64,000 nucleotides of DNA, from NCBI RefSeq assembly GCF_018350175.1, contig NC_058372.1, positions 3,782,001-3,846,000 of the forward strand. The letters are read 5' to 3'. The notes under the pieces were generated by a model that was not told the origin of the DNA, did not search any database, and saw only the letters and a list, made by a program, of their open reading frames with translations. The number at the start of each line of letters is the position of its first letter. The stretch's first letter is position 1. This stretch comes from Felis catus. Its lineage: Eukaryota. The position numbers were made by a program, and so were the translations under genes. Positions 12,566 through 25,325 of the stretch are shown here, in pieces.

Positions 12566-12797
12566 TGGGTACACGGCCTTGTACTTCCCCATCCTTAGCT
12601 GGGAATACCTGCGTTTATGTGGAGGAAGGAGTGGAGATCAGCTCCGTGCACACACATAGGTGACTTCTTTCCAAGCGCCACGGTACAGTTCACACTTGTA
12701 CACGGGGACATTGTAACCAGGGTTTCATAACTCACTGCTCACAACTTTGGGGGGGTGTGTGTCAATGTATACAGGAATCAAATTGTAACAAACTTCT

Positions 12798-13000
12798 GGG
12801 GCGCCTGGGTGGCTCAGTTGGTTAAGCGTCTTTGGCACAGGCCATGATCTCCCGGTTTGTGGGTTCCAGCCCCCCCATGGGGCTCTGTGCTGACAGCCCA
12901 GAGCCTGGGGTCTGCTTTGGATCCTGTCTCCCTCTCTCTGCCCCTCTCTTACGTCTGTCTCTCTCTTTGTACAATAAACATAACATTAAAAAAAAAAAAT
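12798..13000 (+). mobile_element. Can-SINE
   Basis: ggggcgcctgggtggctcagttggttaag head and A tail. Confidence 0.88.
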
Positions 13001-13966
13001 TTATAACAAACCGGATGAGGGGGAAGTTTTTAAATCTGGGCGATTTTTCACTTGATTAGCAGAAATAAGTATTTTCAGTTTACAGTTGTGAGACTATTGC
13101 AATAGCGCTTATCCTCAATATTTCCAAATACTATGTTGCCACATTAAGAAATGGCTTCATTTTAGGATTAGTCTAATTATAAGTCTATGTATTTTATTTA
13201 CAAAGAGAGTGTACAGGCTTGTCCAGATTGTGTTCCACAGGCTGAAGAATATTAACTCTAAAACCTGTATGGAAATGGTGGGGTTACAGAGTTGTTAGGG
13301 TCCGAACTGACCTAACAAAAACTGTTCTTAGGAAATTCTCAGGGTCTGAGTCAAAGCATCTTTTTTCGTTTTAAGAAAAGTTCGTTTATTCCAGCTCTCA
13401 ATTTAGGAACTGGCATTCTTATTTAAAGATGGTTTTAAGTACGAAATTCATACTGCTGATTTCTTTGGGACCTTGGTAGTATTGGGGGCAACCCCACAAA
13501 GCCCAATGCAGAATTACGTAACGCATTCTTTTGCATATAACCATGTATTGAAGAGAACACTAGAGCCTGGCCTTTCTAAATTCATTTCTATAACAGGGCC
13601 TCTGACAATTTTGTCAGAACGAATAAACAGTGGTTTGAAGTCGAACAGAATCATGCACAGCCCATGTCTTGCTTGCACACGGCGGCGATTCCCTTCCAGG
13701 TCGGAGCTGCAGCGCCAAAATACGCTTCACTTGACCGGCAAGGCCGTGAGTCCCTTGTGTGACTGCCGTGCCCCGCAGTGGACTGACCCCCGGCCTGCGC
13801 CTGGCAGCCAGCAGGCCCCCGGCACCGCGCGAATCCGTCTAGAACTGGTCCCGGGAGCCTCTGTGCTTTTTGCTCCTAGTACTGGTGTAGCGCCTGGATT
13901 AAACGCAAAGTTAACCAACCGAGGTTTTTCCTCCGGCTCCGGGGACAGCTATGAAGCCCTTTGTGG

Positions 13967-14064
13967 CCAATAGGAAAATAGCCCCGGAATCTCACCCTCC
14001 GCAGCTTCTGCCACACCGAATGTCACCCAATCAGAGCTTGTCCTCAGAGGACCTGCATTTACAT
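13967..14064 (+). promoter_or_regulatory. Orphan H2B-type promoter module (two CCAAT boxes plus octamer variant), no adjacent intact gene
   Basis: CCAATAGGAA 13967, CCAATCAGA 14027, ATTTACAT 14057; 30-bp CCAAT-to-octamer spacing equals that at 55106/55136. Confidence 0.5.
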
Positions 14065-14395
14065 AGCCGCGGCTGCGGTCACCGGAGCTTTATGCCCAGG
14101 ACGCTTCCGGTCATGCGGATGAATCCGAAGGACGTTGGCGAAGATCTTTTGTTTCCGTTTGTGTAGAACAGAACGCATTTCCCTTCTGGAACCCTCTCAT
14201 TGGCAGCATTTACTGGCCTATTTACTCCAGTGTGTATTTCTTTGAAAATCTTAAAGTGTACCCAAGCGCCACAAGACTTGCTACAGTACCACACAAAAAT
14301 ATCCTACTGCTCACCAGTTTTGCGCCTGCGGAAGTCTTACATGCCCCCGATCCCATTTCCGCAAGCACGACAGCCCTTTAAGTGACTTTGTGGGC

Positions 14396-14411
14396 GGCCC
14401 TGAAAAGGGCC
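14396..14411 (-). terminator. Histone 3' stem-loop of H4
   Basis: Minus strand GGCCCTTTTCAGGGCC; downstream element AAAGGGCTG at about 14371-14379. Confidence 0.95.
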
Positions 14412-14444
14412 TTTGTGTTTGGAAATATGGCGGGTCCCGGGCGN

Positions 14445-14914
<470 letters not shown>

Positions 14915-16271
14915 CTAGTGAATCTCGCCTTCGTCTGCAGTAGGGCGGCCCGGGGGGGAGGGTCAGCTCTCCTTCCGCCAAAAAGCTCCCGTTTCTCTTT
15001 TGTTCTGCGTTTCTTCCGCGCGCGTTTGCCAGTGGAATGTGTTATGTCAAAGCCGCTGACTAGAGGGACCGCCCCCTCCACGTTTGTCTGTATTTTCACT
15101 TAATAACTAATAAATTATGGAACGATTTTTTGGGGGGAATGTAGAGGTGGTATGTGAAGGACGGTGCGTTTATAGGTCAAAGGACTTTCCCTTCCATCCC
15201 TTTTAATATTCCTATTAAACTGACGTATTTAGATGACCTTCTTTGTGCTGGACAGTGTAAGCCCTGGACCTATGGAAACAAACAAAAAAAAATTTGCAAA
15301 TTAAAACTTCTTGTTTTCTTTCAAACATTTATTGGGGGACTCTTGTTTCGACAAAAGTCTGTGACAGGGAATGTACAACTAGGCTTGGAAAACGCGTTGC
15401 CCTTGGACCTTCTTCCTGGCCCTGCTGGGCCTCTCGGTTCTGCCTGTAATTCCTGACAAGCTCCGCTTTCCTCCTCAGCTGATCCCTTTTCAACCTTTTC
15501 CAGGTTTAGAGACAAGAACAAACATTTGGTGTAGCTGGGGGTTAATCGCAGGGCAGGGCTAATACTCGATTAAGGTCATTACAAAGCCTACAAGGCCCTC
15601 CCCTGGAGGGCCTTTGATGAGATTATTGGTGTTTTAAACAAGGCTAATCCCATTAAGAAAAAAAAAAAAAAGCAGAATTGGATCTGAATGTGGTTGGAAG
15701 AGAGAGCCTTTCAAATCAAAAATTTCCCTTAGCCTCCTGCTGCCGCTTTTGAAAATGTCCAAGATCAGTTATTCCAGTTAAAAGGTGGGGAGGGCACACC
15801 CTCTCTCCATCCTGGTTAACAAAAAGGTGCCTATTGCAGATACTTAAAATGAGACTCTGGCCTGAGAGAGACCACCTGTTAGAACCTCATACTTGTTTTA
15901 GCAAAGAAAAGAGACCCAGCAGAGGGTAGGAAAGCTCTGAATGGCATATGATTTGTAACACTTGCGAAATAATTAAGTAATTACATTCTTCTGCCCCCAT
16001 ATTGAGCGTTTTGAGGTTCCTGACTTTTACTAAACCCTCCCCACCTCGAACACATACTTAATATGGGGTCACTTAGCTAGGAAGGAATGTCAAACACTAT
16101 AGAGAAAAAGTGCAAGGTTTGAGATTATAAGTAAAACTGAAATCTCAATATGCTCTTTAATTCATGGAAATAAATAAAAATAGTGTGTATAATGTGGTAA
16201 TTTCATGGAAAAAAATACATGGTGTGAGCCACCCTTGCTACACAACCCAGCGGGTTCCATCTGCATTTATA

Positions 16272-16420
16272 TATTTTTGTTTGTTTGTTTGTTTGTTTTA
16301 AGTAGGCTACAAACCCAGCATGGAGCCCAAGGCAGGGCTTGAACTCACAACCTTGAGAGCTTGACCTGAGTTGAGATCGCCAAGGCGCTGCTCAACTGAT
16401 TGAGCCACCCAGGCACCTCA
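16272..16420 (-). mobile_element. Short Can-SINE
   Basis: tgagccacccaggcacc head, (TTTG)n tail, no (CT)n. Confidence 0.75.
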
Positions 16421-17676
16421 GGGCCCAGATTTAAACCAGAAGTCTAGGTCAGCTTTCTCCCAATTTTATTTTGCCCACCCTGTCATTAATAAAACGTCAC
16501 TTTTATTTTGACATCTTCTTCCTGTTTTCTATTCCCTTCTCCTAATTTCTTCATTTATAAATTTTTCTCACTGACACTGACTCAGAAGTCATGAATGTTA
16601 GGACAGAAAAAATTTAAAACATGCACATAAAGATATATATTAAACATGGATCCTTCCACTCTCAGAAGAGTACAGGTCTTGGTCGTGTGGCCTGGGAGGG
16701 AGTGGCTCGCTCTGGAACCTGTGTGGCTGGCTTTCTTTTCACCTCCCGCTCATCCTCAGAGAGAACCTGATTTCATGGAACCCCATTCCTTCAACATGGG
16801 AGCTAAGCCCTTCAGGTAAAAAACCCTGCAAACGAGTTGTGGCTAATAGGTCTCATCACACATTTGAACAAATAAAACTATGAGGTTCATCAAAGGTCTT
16901 ATAGAAAATATGAAATGCCCACAACCACTCTCTGCAGCAGACTCAGAGTATCAGAGTTGAGAAATGGTGTAATAATATATATTATATATTAAGATATATT
17001 TTACAGTCAACAAACAATTCTGATACTTGCCCAAGGTTGAGAATACCAGAACCACCGTCACTTTGTATGGTTGTACTTCAGGGAGAAGAAATCCTAGGAT
17101 AGGAATACTTTTCACCATATTACAGTTGAGGAAATGTGTGAGTGCAGCCCCGCCCAACCTAGTTTGCCCGGGCTTTCTAACATTCGCTGTCTCCAGGCAT
17201 TTGGGGACATCGCTCCTGGTCTGGAGCAGAGAGCTGTTCTCGCCACTGGCTGAGGGATCTCACTGCATTCTAAAGCGTCAATGAATTTCTCCTTCCTAGC
17301 CACCTAACCTTTTCTCTGGTATGAATATCCACTGTCTTATTCACTTCCTCTAAATGTCTCTCCCACTGGCTTACCTGTGGCCCGTAACTTACACTGTATC
17401 TCTCTCCTTCCTCTTCTAGAAAAGTGTTCTTTCTTTCTCCTTTCAGTCCAAACATTTTACTGAGGGTTTTTGTCCCTTGCACTTCCTTGGCCTGCTGTCC
17501 TTGGGTGGGCTTGCTCCTATAAACGTTCTTAATTTATTTTGACCAACTAAGAAAAAAAGTGCTTTGGACAGAGAATTTCTAACATTATCCTTTCCGATAC
17601 ATTTATTTGTTTCGAAGTTTTTATAAATGTCTATAATTGAATTTGATTTTCCAAATTCCCTTGAATACTCTCTTAA

Positions 17677-17677
<1 letters not shown>

Positions 17678-17719
<42 letters not shown>
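17678..17719. repeat. (CA)n microsatellite
   Basis: Direct reading. Confidence 0.95.
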
Positions 17720-17721
<2 letters not shown>

Positions 17722-17829
17722 GCACCAAGAAAGTATTTTGCATTTGTTTTAATGGTGAAACTGCGATTCCAAACATCCACAAAGGAAAGACCATTAGCTG
17801 TTACATTCGTATTTAAAACAGACATTTTA

Positions 17830-18039
17830 GGGGCGCCTGGGGGGCTCAGTCGGTTAAGCTTCTGACTTCTCAGGTCCTGATCTCACGGTCCGTGAGTTCA
17901 AGCCCCGTGTCAGGCCCTGTGCCGGCAGCTAGGAGCCTGGAGCCTGCTTCGGATTCTGTGTCTCCCTCTCTCTCTGCCCCTCCCCCGTTCATGCTCTCTC
18001 TCTGTCTCAAAAATAAATAAACATTAAAAAAAAAAAAAA
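17830..18039 (+). mobile_element. Can-SINE
   Basis: Head, body and A tail. Confidence 0.88.
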
Positions 18040-18744
18040 CAGATGCTTTCTCCTGCACACATTGTCAAGCTCCTTTGGCAATATCAAAGTTGGTTGGTTA
18101 TTGACTGTTTTATGAAAATGACATTGTAAATTCAGGACATTTAATCAACCCCATGGAGTAAGGTTAACTGATGAGACTGGGGTTTATACAAATATTGGTA
18201 CTTACCCAACCCACCCCCACCTCACCCCACCTTGCCCCACCAGGAGTACACAGAAGGCTCCAAAATTCTTTTGTAGAATCTTTGGATCAAAAGCTAGACT
18301 TTCATGTTTAAAAAATAGCCATACTTTCAAAAAATAAAACAAGCAAAAAAACCCCACTAACAATACTTTCTACCCAAATCTGGTGAAAAAAATGGTTCAT
18401 AGGTGTTTTAAGGCTACTCATCCCCAAATTTCTCCCTTAATGATAGAGAATAAACAGAAACGTGAATTCATTAGTTAGAAATTTGTTTATTGACAGAAAA
18501 AAAGTCCTTAAGTTAAAAAATACACCCCAAGAAAATACGTCCAAATATTTATGAAACAATTACAGGGATATGGCAAAATCTGAAATATTAAAACAGATTC
18601 CGTCCTCACTGCAGGAAACATCAGAGGTTGTTGCCATCAGGAGCACCTCACAAAGTTGGGAACGATGCCCCACCACCTGTTCTCTTGACTCACAAACAGG
18701 TACTGTGTAGAGGTTATGAACTTGACCCTGAGCCAGACTAGCTA

Positions 18745-18935
18745 CGGTAAAAATCCAGCCCAATAATTTTCTAGCTGTGTAACCTTTAGCAAGTTATTTA
18801 ACCTCTCTGTGCCTTGGTTTCCATACAGCAAAATAAGGGTAATGAAATAGTCATTCCTACCTCACCGGCTTCTTCAGAAACATTAGTATGCAGAACAAGA
18901 CGTGACGTCTGGTTAGTGTGTAATAATTATTAGCT
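18745..18935. mobile_element. MIR SINE fragment
   Basis: ctagctgtgtaacctttagcaagttatttaacctctctgtgccttggtttcc core. Confidence 0.7.
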
Positions 18936-19731
18936 GAGAGAAAAAAAAGTTCTGCTTAAAAGACACCGTACGTGTCTATCACGCACAAGTGAACACCGGA
19001 AAGAATCACGCAGGAAGAGAATGCAAGAAATACCAGGATGCACCCAAGCCAAGCAATATACACCTACAGGATGTCAAGCCAAGGAGGCTTTGCAACGAAA
19101 TTGTCACCTCCCAAAATTAATATTGAATTGACATTCTGCCTGTTAACACTGGTTCCAAAAGACAAATGAAAACAATGATGACCCAACGTCTACAGAGGGA
19201 AATCAAAACCTCGAAATATCTGTCCATACATGTGAAAATCTTAAATGTTTAAAGTCATGCATTCTTGGGTTCTAGTCCTTACTAGAGGGTGGTTAGAAAA
19301 AATATATAGCTTTAAAATGTTAACTTGTGAGAATTTTCCAGCATTTTAGAGCTGTTATGTTTTTAAACGTGTATCCGTGTGTGCATGAAGAATGCTCTGT
19401 AGTGCATCAAGTATTCCCAGCACCCTAAGACTATGTTATTAAAACACAGCGAGAGTTTTTGCCCTTGACCTCCCAGCAGGTCTTAACCAGCTGCGGCAGG
19501 TTGCCTTGAGAGATTACCAAAGATCCTTTTCTGTTCTGTTCCCAGTTCAGGTAGCTCAACGGTGCCCTGTGGGCAAACACCTGGTGACTAGTTTATTTCC
19601 TCAAACTTTCAGGGGCTCTTCTCCACAAACGGGGTCAAGCGCCCACCTCTTCTCCATGGATCCTGGGCCCGGCGCCCAAATCCCGGCCCCAGCTCTCAAC
19701 GGTCACATGACCACCGTGACACTTTTGATCA

Positions 19732-19750
19732 CAGCCACCAGGTGGCACCC
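19732..19750 (+). promoter_or_regulatory. CTCF-like motif, forward orientation
   Basis: CAGCCACCAGGTGGCACCC matches the CCASYAGRKGGCRS core. Confidence 0.6.
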
Positions 19751-20544
19751 TTCTCCACACTACGGCGCTTTGGAGGCGGTTTTGCCAGAGGTGATACAAG
19801 ATTCAGAATGTAAAATGTTAATCCTGATTTTTCAAATGTAGTCGACCTTAAGACTTGATGAACAAGGGCAGAAAAATTAAGCTAAGACACACGGAGAGGA
19901 ATCGGAGGTTTATAACTTCCATTATAACAAGAAAAGTAACAGACCAGTCGCCAATGGTCCGCAACACGGGCCACTGTGAATGAAGGCTAGGGTGTTCCTT
20001 GTAATCCCAGCCTGTGTGAAATAAAACCAGTATAAAACAAGCCATTGCCTCATTAATTGTAACATATCCTTCATGGGCTAGAAAAGCACGGGAAGCTTCT
20101 GGGCGGTCTGTTCTGAGTACAGAAGGATATCCACAGAGAAAGAATTTGTCAGAGAGAGAATTTTGCATTAAAAAATGCAAGAACATTGAAAGCAGCATCA
20201 GTGTCCCACAAATGTTATTAAGTTGATGAATCCATAAGATGGATAAGCACGTCAGAAAAATCAGGCAGCACACCATGCAATTCACGTATGTTTATTAAAA
20301 TGCATTTGTTACTTTTATATGTTTTAATATAGCAACACTGAGAGGAAGTACACAGGTCGTTAATTGGGTTTACCACTCGCCAATGGAATGACAGTGTCAC
20401 CTTTTCTACAGTGAGCACAAATTATGCGTGCTTTTTATCTACTTAATTTTCGTAACCAGAAAAAAAGAAAAGTTAAAAAAAAAATCGAGATCTCTTTGCC
20501 CAAATTCAATACCTACCAAACAAACTGTCGAGCTTTATTTGGTC

Positions 20545-20765
20545 TTTAATTTTTTTTTTTTTTTGACGTTTATTTATTTTTGAGACAGAGAGAGACAGAG
20601 CACGAGTGGGGGAGCGGCAGGGAGAGAGGGAGACACAATCTGAAACAGGCTCCAGGCTCTGAGCTGTCAGCACAGAGCCTGCTGCGGGGCTCAAACTCAC
20701 GTACCGGGAGATCGTGACCTGAGCCCAAGTCAGCCGCTTAACCGACTGAGACCCCCGGGCGCCCC
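20545..20765 (-). mobile_element. Can-SINE
   Basis: Body and T tail. Confidence 0.88.
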
Positions 20766-20861
20766 AGGTCAGTTTCTTTTTTAACTGCACAGTTGGGGAG
20801 GAGGAAGATGCCAGGGTACCTCCAGGTTGCTTGGTGGTTTCCGTTTTAACATCTTCAAAAC

Positions 20862-21057
20862 AATTTTTTTTTTAATGTTTATGTATTTTGAGAAAGACAG
20901 AGCGCAAGGGTGGGGGGCAGGGAGAGGGGAAGAGAGAGAATCGCAAGCAGGCTCCGCGCTGTCAGCCCCGGGTCCGACGTGGGGCTTGAACTCCCGAACC
21001 ACGAGATCATGACCTGAGCCGAAACCAAGAGTCAGACGCTTAACCCCCCGGGCCCCC
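20862..21057 (-). mobile_element. Can-SINE
   Basis: Body and T tail. Confidence 0.82.
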
Positions 21058-22478
21058 GTTTTTGCCATCCTTCATATGACAAGGGTTGCTCCGGTTCTTG
21101 GGGGGGAAATGCCACCGGCGTTGTGACTCTGGTGGCCCCGGCAGAGGCCAAACACCGTGAGGTCCAACACGGCGACAGGCTGACACCAGCAATGACAGCC
21201 CTGACCTGGGGGCCCGGGAGCGATGCCAGACAGAGCAGATGGGGGGTGGAGTGCTTTCCCCAGAGACTTTGAAAGGAAACGTGGTTGAGATGATTTTCTG
21301 CTGTTTCCCCTTCATTTCCATCCAGCTCACTGAGAGTAAAGACACCGAGACAGACAGGAAGAGCCGTCCCCCCCCCCCCTTCTCCATTTCCTGGGCGACG
21401 TCTAAACCGCCTGAATGCACTGGTGCGGGACAGGGATCAGAATCCGACAGAGGCTGAAACCTGCCTCTCTCCCTGGCAGCCCGGGGATACATTTACTTCA
21501 TCTAAAAAAATATGAGGATAATAGTGCTAACATGAAACAATTATTGTAAGAATTGTATGAGATAACGCGTGTCAGTAGGTCTCAGAACTCAGTCTGGCAG
21601 CAAGTAAATCCCCCCCCCCTTATCCTCTTCCTCCTCTTCCTCCTCCTCCTCCTCCTCATTTTCATTTTCATTATCACTTCACAGCATCTGAGACCAAGTG
21701 GGAAATTACCGTGTTCCTCCAACTCTGGCATATCCCAGAGGCATCGTAGACGCCTTCACGTAAATCATTCCTATACAGAAACCTATATGACACTTTTTTG
21801 CCAATTAGAAAAAAGATGCCCCTCGTCAAGACACTTCCCACCCACTTTCTGGAAAACTATCACAGGACACAAACATCCAGGCCTGAGAGCCCTTCTGGGA
21901 AATGGGCCTCCTTGGGTTGTGCAGTGCACGGCCTTCACGGCTGTACAGTGACCCACTTCAACCTCTGGTGGAAAAGACCACAGGGCTTGGTGGCAGGTGA
22001 ATTGCTGGATAACAGAGAGGGCAGGGGGTCAAAAGGAAACTTGGATGGGTCTAGAAAATGCCGGGATGTGTGCGCAAAATTCTGGTAAGGGTCTGAGACT
22101 CCCATGTCCCAAGGGGAAAGTTCACGGTTTTTCTCAGATGTTGAAAGGAACTGTGAGCCCCCCAAAATTTTAGGAGCCCTATTCCAGAGGTGGGAGAGGA
22201 GAGGCCATAGGTATACGGAGTCCGAAATGGTGCAGAAAATAAGGCAGACCCTAGAGGCGGCTGGAGATTCCGGAGAGCCGGTTCCAGAGAGGCGCAGGAA
22301 CTCAAAAACCTAAATGAGAGAAACTTTTCGAGAATGAACGGGGAAGGCCGCAAGCAGAGAGTTCCTCGGTGGCTTCCTACTTGTTAGGTCCGACTCAGTC
22401 CTGGAAGCAAAGAAGGCCCCAGGGCGCCCTCTCTTTCAGTCTCCACGTCTCCTCCCACGAGAGGTCCCAGGCTGCCTG

Positions 22479-22519
22479 TCACTCACATTCGGCCAACACG
22501 TAGTCCCCCATGGCTCCTC
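22479..22519 (-). CDS. HFE: HFE exon 6 coding part (cytoplasmic tail RGAMGDYVLAECE*)
   Basis: ctctctacag acceptor; TGA at 22479-22481. Confidence 0.93.
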
Positions 22520-23283
22520 CTGTAGAGAGGAGAGACAGGACAGGGGCGTGCTGTCACCTCCCTGGCCCTCACCTCCCTCATCCAGTCACCTCAACGGGGA
22601 CCACTCCCTGCTGGAAGAGCCCCCCGGGGGTTCACACACCATCAGCTCTCACCGGGAGTTGCTTACCAGCTTTCTAGCCCGCGTCTTCCTTTGCCTTCCC
22701 TCTCACCTCCTGACTCCTCCAACTGTGAGATCGCAGACCCCCTACTGTCCCTGCACTGACTTCCCCGGGGTCTCCTTGTAGAACATTCTCAAGGCCCCCA
22801 GGGCTCTGCGGCTGCCTTCTGTCTGCCCCTCTTCCCCCCCGCCCCACGCCGCAGATGCTCCCTCAGGAGCTAGGAAGGCACATGTGGTGATGGCCGGGAT
22901 GAGGCGATGATTCCTCACCTCCCACGAGGCCTCCTGCTCGGGGGGCTGCGTGGCTGTTCCACCTGTGCAGAACCCCCCCCCACCTTCCTCGTTCTCCGAA
23001 TGACCACGGTGACGACCTCAGCTCCAGAGCCCCTGCACTACCTTAAACAGCACCTCGCAAAACAGCCGGTGCTCAAAAGAAGTTTGTGGAATTTGCACCT
23101 TCCACTCTGAGGAAAAGCACGCATTCCGGCTCCCAAGGAGGCACCAGTGCTCCCAAAGGAAAAAAGGAACAGGCTTCTCGTGGGTGCCAGGTCCGCTTTG
23201 CCCTCCCAAAGCCCCGCTTCCTGCAGAATTCGCGTGTCCTGGGGTCCGAGGTGCTAAGAGACGTCCTCCTTCTTCCTACTCAC

Positions 23284-23397
23284 TCGAAGCCTGCCTTTTC
23301 CTGAAGATTCGGAACAGAACTCCAATAACAAAGAGGATGACACAAACAGCGATCCCACTGATGGCTCCAATGACCAGGGTGCTGGGCACCGACGGCT
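23284..23397 (-). CDS. HFE: HFE exon 5 (transmembrane)
   Basis: [38 protein letters not shown]; 114 nt; tttcag acceptor, GTGAGT donor. Confidence 0.95.
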
Positions 23398-23514
23398 CTG
23401 AAAGAGCAAAGGCGAGAGGGAGCTGTGAGGGTCGCCGCAGACCCCCCTCCCCGCGGGCTAGCGCTCGGGTTCCACCCACGACAGAGCCCCTCGGCCCGCC
23501 CCTCTCGTCCGTAC

Positions 23515-23790
23515 CCCACGTGGCAGCGAGGGGCTGGTTTAGCCCCGGGTGCTCCACCAGGCAGGTGTATCTGTGCTCTTCCCCGGGAGGCACGGCCACG
23601 GCCAACCAGCCCTGGTAGGTCCCGTCCCCGTTGGGCAGCACGTCCTGAGGCTCAACGTCCTTGGCCTCCAGTGGCCTCCTGTCCTTCAGCCACCTCATGG
23701 TGATGTTCTGGGGGTAGAAGTTCAGAGCCTGACACCGTAGAGTGGTCACTGCAGAGGCCACATGATGAGTCATCTTCAGCAAGGGAGGCA
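23515..23790 (-). CDS. HFE: HFE exon 4 (alpha-3 Ig domain)
   Basis: [10 protein letters not shown]...[14 protein letters not shown]...[11 protein letters not shown]; 276 nt. Confidence 0.96.
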
Positions 23791-24589
23791 CTGGACAGGA
23801 AGGAGGAAGGATCTGGAGAGGGGATCTTTCCACCCTTGCCAGGAAGACTGGAGCTTTCACTTCCCTCCTCTACGGGTTAGAGGGACAAGACGCCCTCTTC
23901 AGACGGGGCGGGCTGCCGGAGAGACGCCATTCTGTGTCCTAGAGCTCGCTGCGGGGCTTGGCCCTGACGTGGCGCTACGGGGACGGCAGCCGAGTCTGTC
24001 CGCCTGGCCCGCACACGAGCGTGCACGCGGGCAGCTCGGATCTTCTGCGTGTTACACGGAACCAGGTAAAATTACCCTGGATGTGGCTCAGAGGGGGTTG
24101 AACAACCACTCCTGGCAATTCACCTCGCCCAACCCAACAAGAAATCTTGTAAGAAGGGCCTGGAAGATAGCCAGGCTTCAGGGACTATCTCTGGGTTCTG
24201 GGGCTCTGTGACCAGATCTGTGACGGTAACCTTTAACCTCCCAAGGATCCTGTTACTCTGATTGGTGCCCCCCACCGCCGGTGGGTACTCTCGTGACCTG
24301 GCATTCATGTGACAATTGACATTGCTGAGTTCCTAAAAGGTGTAAATATACACAGGGCTCTTGGTTACATCACAAGGTCACAGATACTGCTTCTCCGGCC
24401 GCGGGCACGGAGGGAAAAACGCAAGCCGTGACCCTTGGCCGTCAGACACCTTGGTTCTAAGGTGGAGACCTCGGACCTCGGGTCCTTCCCGGAGAGTCAC
24501 AGGACCCTGGCTACCTCTGAGGCCTGAGCCCCGGACCTCGCCCCGCGTTCCCCTCGGGCATGAGTGGGGGGGGGGTGCTCCCACCATAC

Positions 24590-24889
24590 CTTGCCGGTCC
24601 AGAACCCCTGTCCCCAGCGCCAGCAAACTCTGCAGCTGCACAGGACAGTCCCTCTCCAGGTAGGCCCTGTTCTGTTTGGCCCGAATCGCGTTCACTTCCC
24701 ACTCCAGCTTCGTGGCCCAGGCCCTGGGCTCTGCAGCCCTCCAGTCCAGCGTTTCAGGGCGGAATTCAAGGTAGTTCTGCCCGTCGTAGCCGTAGTTCCA
24801 GAAGCCCCTGGTGCTGTTGTCCTCTCGCACCTCACAGCCCAGGATCACTTGCAGCGTGTGGGACTCTGACGACACCCCGAGCTTTGTTA
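24590..24889 (-). CDS. HFE: HFE exon 3 (alpha-2); alternative acceptor would start it at 24865
   Basis: [27 protein letters not shown]...LDRQ; 300 nt (276 nt from the downstream AG); GTATGG donor. Confidence 0.92.
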
Positions 24890-25061
24890 CTGAAACCACA
24901 GGAGTAAGTCCCTCTCTCACCGTCCCCAGGGACCGAACGACCTCACACACGCCCCCTCCTCCCCCCGGGACCCCACACTCCCTGCTCTGGCCCCCAGATG
25001 CCTCTCTGAGGGAGAGAAACGCTCCGCCCACCCCCGGAAAGTGAGGGCCCCGTCCGCGTAC

Positions 25062-25325
25062 CCTTGCTGTGGTTGTGGTTGTCCATGATGGTCCAGAAGT
25101 CCACGATGAACATGTGATCCCACCCTTTCAGGCTCTGACTCAGCTGTAGCCACAGCTGGCTGGGGGCCCCATCCTCGAGCCACTGGGCGCGGGGCTCCGC
25201 CCTGCGACTCTCGTGATTGTAGGACACGAACAGCTGGTCGTCCACGTAGCCCAAGGCCTCGAACAGGGGCAGCCCAAGGTCTGGCACTGAGGCGCCCATG
25301 AAGAGGTAGCTCAGGGAGTGGGACC
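25062..25325 (-). CDS. HFE: HFE exon 2 (alpha-1)
   Basis: [13 protein letters not shown]...YNHESRR...[13 protein letters not shown]; 264 nt; ttctccag acceptor, GT donor. Confidence 0.96.

Noticed and set aside
18480-22478. Iron-responsive element or defined 3' end for HFE
   Set aside because: No CAGUGN stem-loop with C bulge identified by eye; several minus-strand AATAAA (about 20291, 18486) cannot be ranked without transcript data
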